Assembly: GCA_965238075.1 (NCBI GenBank)
Contig: OZ250173.1
Location: forward strand, 2,784,001-2,848,000
Reading direction: 5' to 3'
DNA: 64,000 bases
Source: Candidatus Entotheonellaceae bacterium
GTDB taxonomy: Bacteria; Tectomicrobia; Entotheonellia; Entotheonellales; Entotheonellaceae
The notes beneath the pieces are model-generated. The model was given only the letters and a program-made list of their open reading frames with translations. It was not told the DNA's origin and made no database searches. The stretch's first letter is position 1, and each line of letters begins with the position of its first letter. Positions 59,532 through 64,000 of this stretch are shown here, piece by piece. The position numbers and the translations under genes were made by a program.

Positions 59532-62500
59532 ATGAAATTGTCCGCACTCGCCGTGGCGCGACCGGTAACTACCGGGATGTTTTTCCTGGCCGTGCTGGTG
59601 CTCGGCCTCATCTCGTTCTCGCGTCTGGCGGTGGATCAACTCCCCGACGTCACGCGGCCCTCGGTGACGGTAACCACAACCTATGAGGGCGCCGCCCCCG
59701 ACATCGTGGAACGCCAGGTCACCAACCCGCTGGAAAAAGTGCTGGCGACCATCAACAACGTCAAGTCCGTGCGGTCCTCATCCAGCGAGGACAGCTCGAA
59801 AATCTCCCTCGACTTCAACTGGAGCACCGACGTTGACCTGGCGGCCCTGGAGGTGCGCGAAAAGGTCAACGACACCCTGCGCCTCCTGCCCGAAGAGATC
59901 GACCCGCCCCGCATCAGCAAATTCGATCCCTCCAGTTGGCACATCATCTACCTCAATCTCACGGCGGGCGGTGCCCTGGACGCGATCGCGCTCCGGCACT
60001 ACGCAGAGACGACGCTGTTGTACCAGCTTCAGCAGATCGCCGGGGTGGCGTCCGTCGATATCTGGGGCGGCGACCAACGCGAGATTCAGGTGCTGATCGA
60101 CCGCAACCGGCTGGCCGCCACGGGCATCCCCCTGCATCGTGTGGTCGAGGTGCTGGGCGCCGAGAACGTCACCAAGGTCGGTGGGCATCTGGAAAGCGGA
60201 CGCACCGATTACGTGGTGCGGCCGTTGGGCGAATTCGAGCGGGTAGAGGATATCCGGGGCGTCATTCTGCGCCACGACGGCGCCTTGCCGGTGTATCTCA
60301 AGGATGTTGCGGAGGTGCACGACGGGATGAAGGAGCGTCTCACGCGCACCCGGGTCAATCGCATCGCCGGGCTCGTCCTGGCGCTCCGCAAGCAGTCGGG
60401 CACCAACACGGTGGAGGTGTCGGACCTCATCCAGGCGCGGCTACCCGACCTGCGGCAGCAGTTGCCGCCGACCATGCAGTTGCACCTGCTGTTCGACCGC
60501 GCTGCCTTCATCCGGCGCTCCATCGCCCAGGTGGAGAGAAGCGCGATCATCGGCGCCTGCATCGCCGTCGTCATCCTGCTGATGTTCCTGCGCAGCCTGC
60601 GTCCCACGATCATCATTGCTTTTGCCATTCCGCTGGCGGTGGTGGCGACGTTCATCCTGCTTTACCAGGTCGACATCAGCCTCAACTGGATGTCGCTGGG
60701 CGGCCTGGCCCTGGGCATCGGCATGGTGGTGGACAATTCTGTTGTGGTGCTGGAGAACATCTTCCGCCACCGTCAGCAGGGCACGGACCGCCGCGAGGCG
60801 GCGGTGACGGGGAGCCGCGAGGTCGGCATGGCGATCATCGCGTCGACCCTGACGACGTTGTGCGTGTTTTTCCCGCTCATTTTCATGCAGGGCATGATGG
60901 GCATCGTGTTCCAGGAACTCGCCCTGACGGTGGCCTTCGCCCTGGTGACGTCGCTGCTGGTGGCGCTGACGCTGGTGCCGATGCTGTGCGCCAAGTGGCT
61001 GACTCGCCCGCTGCGGGAAGATCCGCCGGAGGGGGCGACCTATGGCCTGGACGTGACGTGGCGCTCGGTGCTCGTGGCCATCGAGCGCGGCTACGGTGCG
61101 GCGTTGCATGTCGCGCTGCGTCACCGGCCGGCTGTGCTCGTCGTGTGCGCCTGCATTCTGGGCGGCACCTGGACGCTTTATTCCAGCCTGGGCTCGGAGC
61201 TGCTGCCGTCGGTGGACGAGGGCATGATGTACATCCGCCTCGAAATGCCGGTGGGCACCAAGCTGGAGATTACCGACGACATCATGGCCGACATCGAGAG
61301 CAAGGTGTACAACGGGGCACCCGACGTGCAGGCGATGTTCGTGCGCTCCGGCCTGGGATTCCGGGGCGGCGGCGGCACCCACACCGGCTTTCTGTGGGCG
61401 CGTCTGGTCGATCGCTCGCAGCGCCAGCAATCCCTCAAGGAGGTCCTCGCCGTGCTGAAGGAGCAGTTGTCGAATTATCCGGACGGCAAGGTGCGGATCA
61501 TGGAGCGCCCCTCCGATGTCGCCCGTCTTCTCGGTTCAGGCCGCTCGGAGCGGTTGGAGGTGGACGTGTACGGCTTTGATCTGGGGCGTGGCCGTGCCCT
61601 GGCGCAACAACTGGCCGATAAGATCGAGGCCGTCGAGGGCGTTTCCTATGTGCGCCTGAACATCGACGACAGCCGCCCTGAGATGCAGATCAGCATCGAC
61701 CGCCAAAAGGCGGCGGCGCTGCAGATCAGCACTCATGCCATTTTGCAGGCCATCGAAACCGGTATTGCCGGCACGATCGCGTCCAAATACCGCGAGGGCC
61801 GCCACGAGTACGACATCCGGGTGCGCCTGCGCCCCGAGGATCGCCGGGAACTGGCTGACCTGGAGCGCATCTTCGTCGCCACGCCTGGCGGCCAGCAGGT
61901 GCCGCTGCGCAACCTGACCGCGGTGCGGGCGGACAAGGGGCCGGTGGTCATTGAGCGCCGCAACCAGGAGCGGGCGGTGACGATTCAGGCGGGCATGACG
62001 GGTACGCGCGACTTCGGCAGCCTGGCCGTCGAGATCGAAGAACTCTTGGCGGCCACGGCCGTTCCGGAGGGATTTTACGTGAAGATGGGCGGTGAGCGGG
62101 AGGAACAGCGCGAGGCCAACCGCAACGTGCACCTGATTGTCGTGCTGGCGATTTTATTGGTCTACATGATCATGGCGGCATTGTTCGAGTCGCTCCTGCA
62201 TCCGTTCGTCATTCTGCTGGCCATTCCGTTCGCCGCGGTGGGCGGCATCCTGGCGTTGTGGTTGACCGGCACCAACATCAGCATGCCGGTATGGATCGGC
62301 GGCATCATGCTGGTGGGTGTGGCGGTCAACAACGGCATCATCATGGTCGATTACACCAACCAGCTGAGGCAGCGCGGCTTCGACGTCATGGAAGCCACCT
62401 GGCGAGGGGCCGTCACGCGCCTGCGCCCGGTGCTGATCACCACGCTCACCACCGCCCTGGCCCTGCTGCCCCTGGCTATCGGCTTCGGCGAAGGCGGCGA

Positions 62501-62666
62501 AATCTGGGCGCCCTTGGGCCGTGTCGTCGTCGGCGGGCTGTCCGTCGCCGCACTGTTCACTCTGTTTCTCGTTCCCACCTTATACAGCCTCGTCGAGGAA
62601 CGGCGCGCTCGTCGTCTTGCCTCGCCAGTTCCCGCCCATACCCTCACGCCTGAGGGCGCCGTGTAA
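59532..62666 (+). CDS. RND efflux permease
   Basis: RPVT, GMVVDNSVVVLENI, RLRPVLITT; 1044 aa. Confidence 0.95.
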   Translation: MKLSALAVARPVTTGMFFLAVLVLGLISFSRLAVDQLPDVTRPSVTVTTTYEGAAPDIVERQVTNPLEKVLATINNVKSVRSSSSEDSSKISLDFNWSTDVDLAALEVREKVNDTLRLLPEEIDPPRISKFDPSSWHIIYLNLTAGGALDAIALRHYAETTLLYQLQQIAGVASVDIWGGDQREIQVLIDRNRLAATGIPLHRVVEVLGAENVTKVGGHLESGRTDYVVRPLGEFERVEDIRGVILRHDGALPVYLKDVAEVHDGMKERLTRTRVNRIAGLVLALRKQSGTNTVEVSDLIQARLPDLRQQLPPTMQLHLLFDRAAFIRRSIAQVERSAIIGACIAVVILLMFLRSLRPTIIIAFAIPLAVVATFILLYQVDISLNWMSLGGLALGIGMVVDNSVVVLENIFRHRQQGTDRREAAVTGSREVGMAIIASTLTTLCVFFPLIFMQGMMGIVFQELALTVAFALVTSLLVALTLVPMLCAKWLTRPLREDPPEGATYGLDVTWRSVLVAIERGYGAALHVALRHRPAVLVVCACILGGTWTLYSSLGSELLPSVDEGMMYIRLEMPVGTKLEITDDIMADIESKVYNGAPDVQAMFVRSGLGFRGGGGTHTGFLWARLVDRSQRQQSLKEVLAVLKEQLSNYPDGKVRIMERPSDVARLLGSGRSERLEVDVYGFDLGRGRALAQQLADKIEAVEGVSYVRLNIDDSRPEMQISIDRQKAAALQISTHAILQAIETGIAGTIASKYREGRHEYDIRVRLRPEDRRELADLERIFVATPGGQQVPLRNLTAVRADKGPVVIERRNQERAVTIQAGMTGTRDFGSLAVEIEELLAATAVPEGFYVKMGGEREEQREANRNVHLIVVLAILLVYMIMAALFESLLHPFVILLAIPFAAVGGILALWLTGTNISMPVWIGGIMLVGVAVNNGIIMVDYTNQLRQRGFDVMEATWRGAVTRLRPVLITTLTTALALLPLAIGFGEGGEIWAPLGRVVVGGLSVAALFTLFLVPTLYSLVEERRARRLASPVPAHTLTPEGAV

Positions 62667-62787
62667 CGACACCAAACTTGTAATCCCCTCTCGATTTTAT
62701 CTTGACTTTCCATCTGGAATCGTCTACACGCGCAACCTATGAGTTGGTGTTTTGGCAAATACGGAGAGCGGAGAAAGGAGGTTCGAG

Positions 62788-63609
62788 ATGATGGATCGTC
62801 GCAGATTCCTGACCATTCTGAGTAGCACTGTGGTTGCCTTAGGCAGTGCGAACGTCCTTGCTGTCCACAAAGTTGCTGCCCTTGGCACGATGAAAAAGGC
62901 CTACACGTCTTTCACGCGTGCCGAAAGCGTCTTTGTCGAGGCCGCGGTGGCCCGCATTATCCCGGCGGATGACCTTGGGCCGGGAGCTCTTGAGGCCGAG
63001 GCGTCGTACTTCATCGACCAGCAACTCACCGGCGATTATGGGGCCGGAGCCCGCTTTTACAATCAGGGGCCCTTTGGTGCCACGACGCCGTATCAAGGGT
63101 ATCAATTACCCCTCTCGCCCCGCGATCTGTATCGAGCCGGCATTGCCGCGACCGATCGCTATTGCCGGGAAACCTATGGCAAAGACTTCGCCCAACTGGA
63201 GCCGGCGCAGCAGGATGAGGTGTTGCAAGGGCTTCAGGGCGTGGCTGGCGATGTCGCCCTTGAGGACGTGCCTGGGGCAACCTTCTTCAGCCATCTCCTC
63301 ACGGATACCAAGGACGGGTTTTTCGCCGACCCGGCCTACGGCGGCAACAAGGGCCTGGTGGGCTGGAAACTCGTCGGCTTTCCGGGGGTGCCGGCGCAAT
63401 ATACCGAATTCATCGAACGCCATAACGAGGCGTACGATGTCGAGCCCGTTGACCTGGGCAGCATGCAGCATGCCGGCATGCTGCATGATCACTTGCACGC
63501 CGTCCATCGTCGCGCCGATGTTCCGAGGCGCACGACGGCGCCTGAACCGCGCCCGGTGGACCCCGACGAACCTTACGACTGGAAGTCAGGACCGAGGTTT
63601 TCCGTGTAA
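62788..63609 (+). CDS. Gluconate 2-dehydrogenase subunit 3-family protein (Tat signal)
   Basis: DRRRFL twin-Arg signal, RIIP.D..GPGA, GFFADP.YGGN, WKLVGFPG; AAGGAGG RBS. Confidence 0.9.
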   Translation: MMDRRRFLTILSSTVVALGSANVLAVHKVAALGTMKKAYTSFTRAESVFVEAAVARIIPADDLGPGALEAEASYFIDQQLTGDYGAGARFYNQGPFGATTPYQGYQLPLSPRDLYRAGIAATDRYCRETYGKDFAQLEPAQQDEVLQGLQGVAGDVALEDVPGATFFSHLLTDTKDGFFADPAYGGNKGLVGWKLVGFPGVPAQYTEFIERHNEAYDVEPVDLGSMQHAGMLHDHLHAVHRRADVPRRTTAPEPRPVDPDEPYDWKSGPRFSV

Positions 63610-63638
63610 GTCCCGCATGTCAAGGAGAGGAGGACATC

Positions 63639-64000
63639 ATGGCTACCAGACTCAAACCAGTAGATGCAGTGGTTATAGGCGTGGGTTGGGCCGGCAGCAT
63701 TATGGCCAATGAGTTGGCCAAGGCCGGCCTCAAAGTCGTCGGGCTGGAGCGCGGTCGCTACCGCGGGCAGGAAGAATTCGCTCTGCCTGGCATCCATGAC
63801 GAGCTCAAGTACAATCGCCGTTTGGAGTTATTCGAGGATCTTTCCCGCAGTACGATCACCTGTCGCAACAACACCGGCGAAGTCGCCCGGCCCATGCGGC
63901 GGCATGGACCGTTTCCCTGGGGCGAAGGACTGGGTGGTGCCGGTTTCCACTGGGCCGGCTGGACGTGGCGCCATAGTCCCTGGTCGTTCAAGATGCGCAC
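63639..64000 (+). CDS. GMC-family flavoprotein (gluconate dehydrogenase large-subunit type), 5' part
   Basis: Manual translation MATRLKPVDAVVIGVGWAG..LERG, GLGG...HW; runs off the window. Confidence 0.9.
   Translation, partial: MATRLKPVDAVVIGVGWAGSIMANELAKAGLKVVGLERGRYRGQEEFALPGIHDELKYNRRLELFEDLSRSTITCRNNTGEVARPMRRHGPFPWGEGLGGAGFHWAGWTWRHSPWSFKMR

Noticed and set aside
59936-61579. 547-aa same-strand alternative frame inside the RND permease
   Set aside because: Arg/Gly/Pro-rich off-frame translation of a conserved gene

Overview
GC-rich diderm bacterial chromosome segment. The gene content suggests a 'Ca. Tectomicrobia'/Nitrospinota/deltaproteobacteria-like, possibly sponge-associated organism; this is inference only. 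1-14.9 kb: minus-strand dcw cluster (mraZ-rsmH-ftsL-ftsI-murE-murF-mraY-ftsW-murG-murC-murB-ftsQ-ftsA-ftsZ') lacking murD and ddl, with a clear promoter and MraZ boxes, preceded by rnpB, a cytochrome c, tsaD and an S41 protease. 19-24 kb: insertion hotspot containing two complete IS elements with readable target-site duplications (TSDs), a group II intron 3' remnant, two REP families and small membrane-protein genes. It also holds the most notable element: a 691-bp transposase-free cassette (23129-23819) with terminal inverted repeats and a 9-bp TSD, carrying one membrane-anchored coiled-coil gene. 24-43 kb: porin with a long structured leader, DUF1640 protein, FG-GAP/VCBS protein, transporters, crotonases, haloalkane dehalogenase, F420-type LLM enzyme, a probably lanthanide-dependent PQQ dehydrogenase with an unusual Asn-to-Gln ligand swap, a cyclase and TolC. 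43-64 kb: uvrA, truA, 11-gene Mrp antiporter operon, internally deleted Uma2 relic, CoA transferase, MFS, SDR, RND pump and the start of a gluconate-dehydrogenase-type operon. No CRISPR array, tRNA or rRNA was seen. All family assignments come from motif recognition by eye, not database searches.
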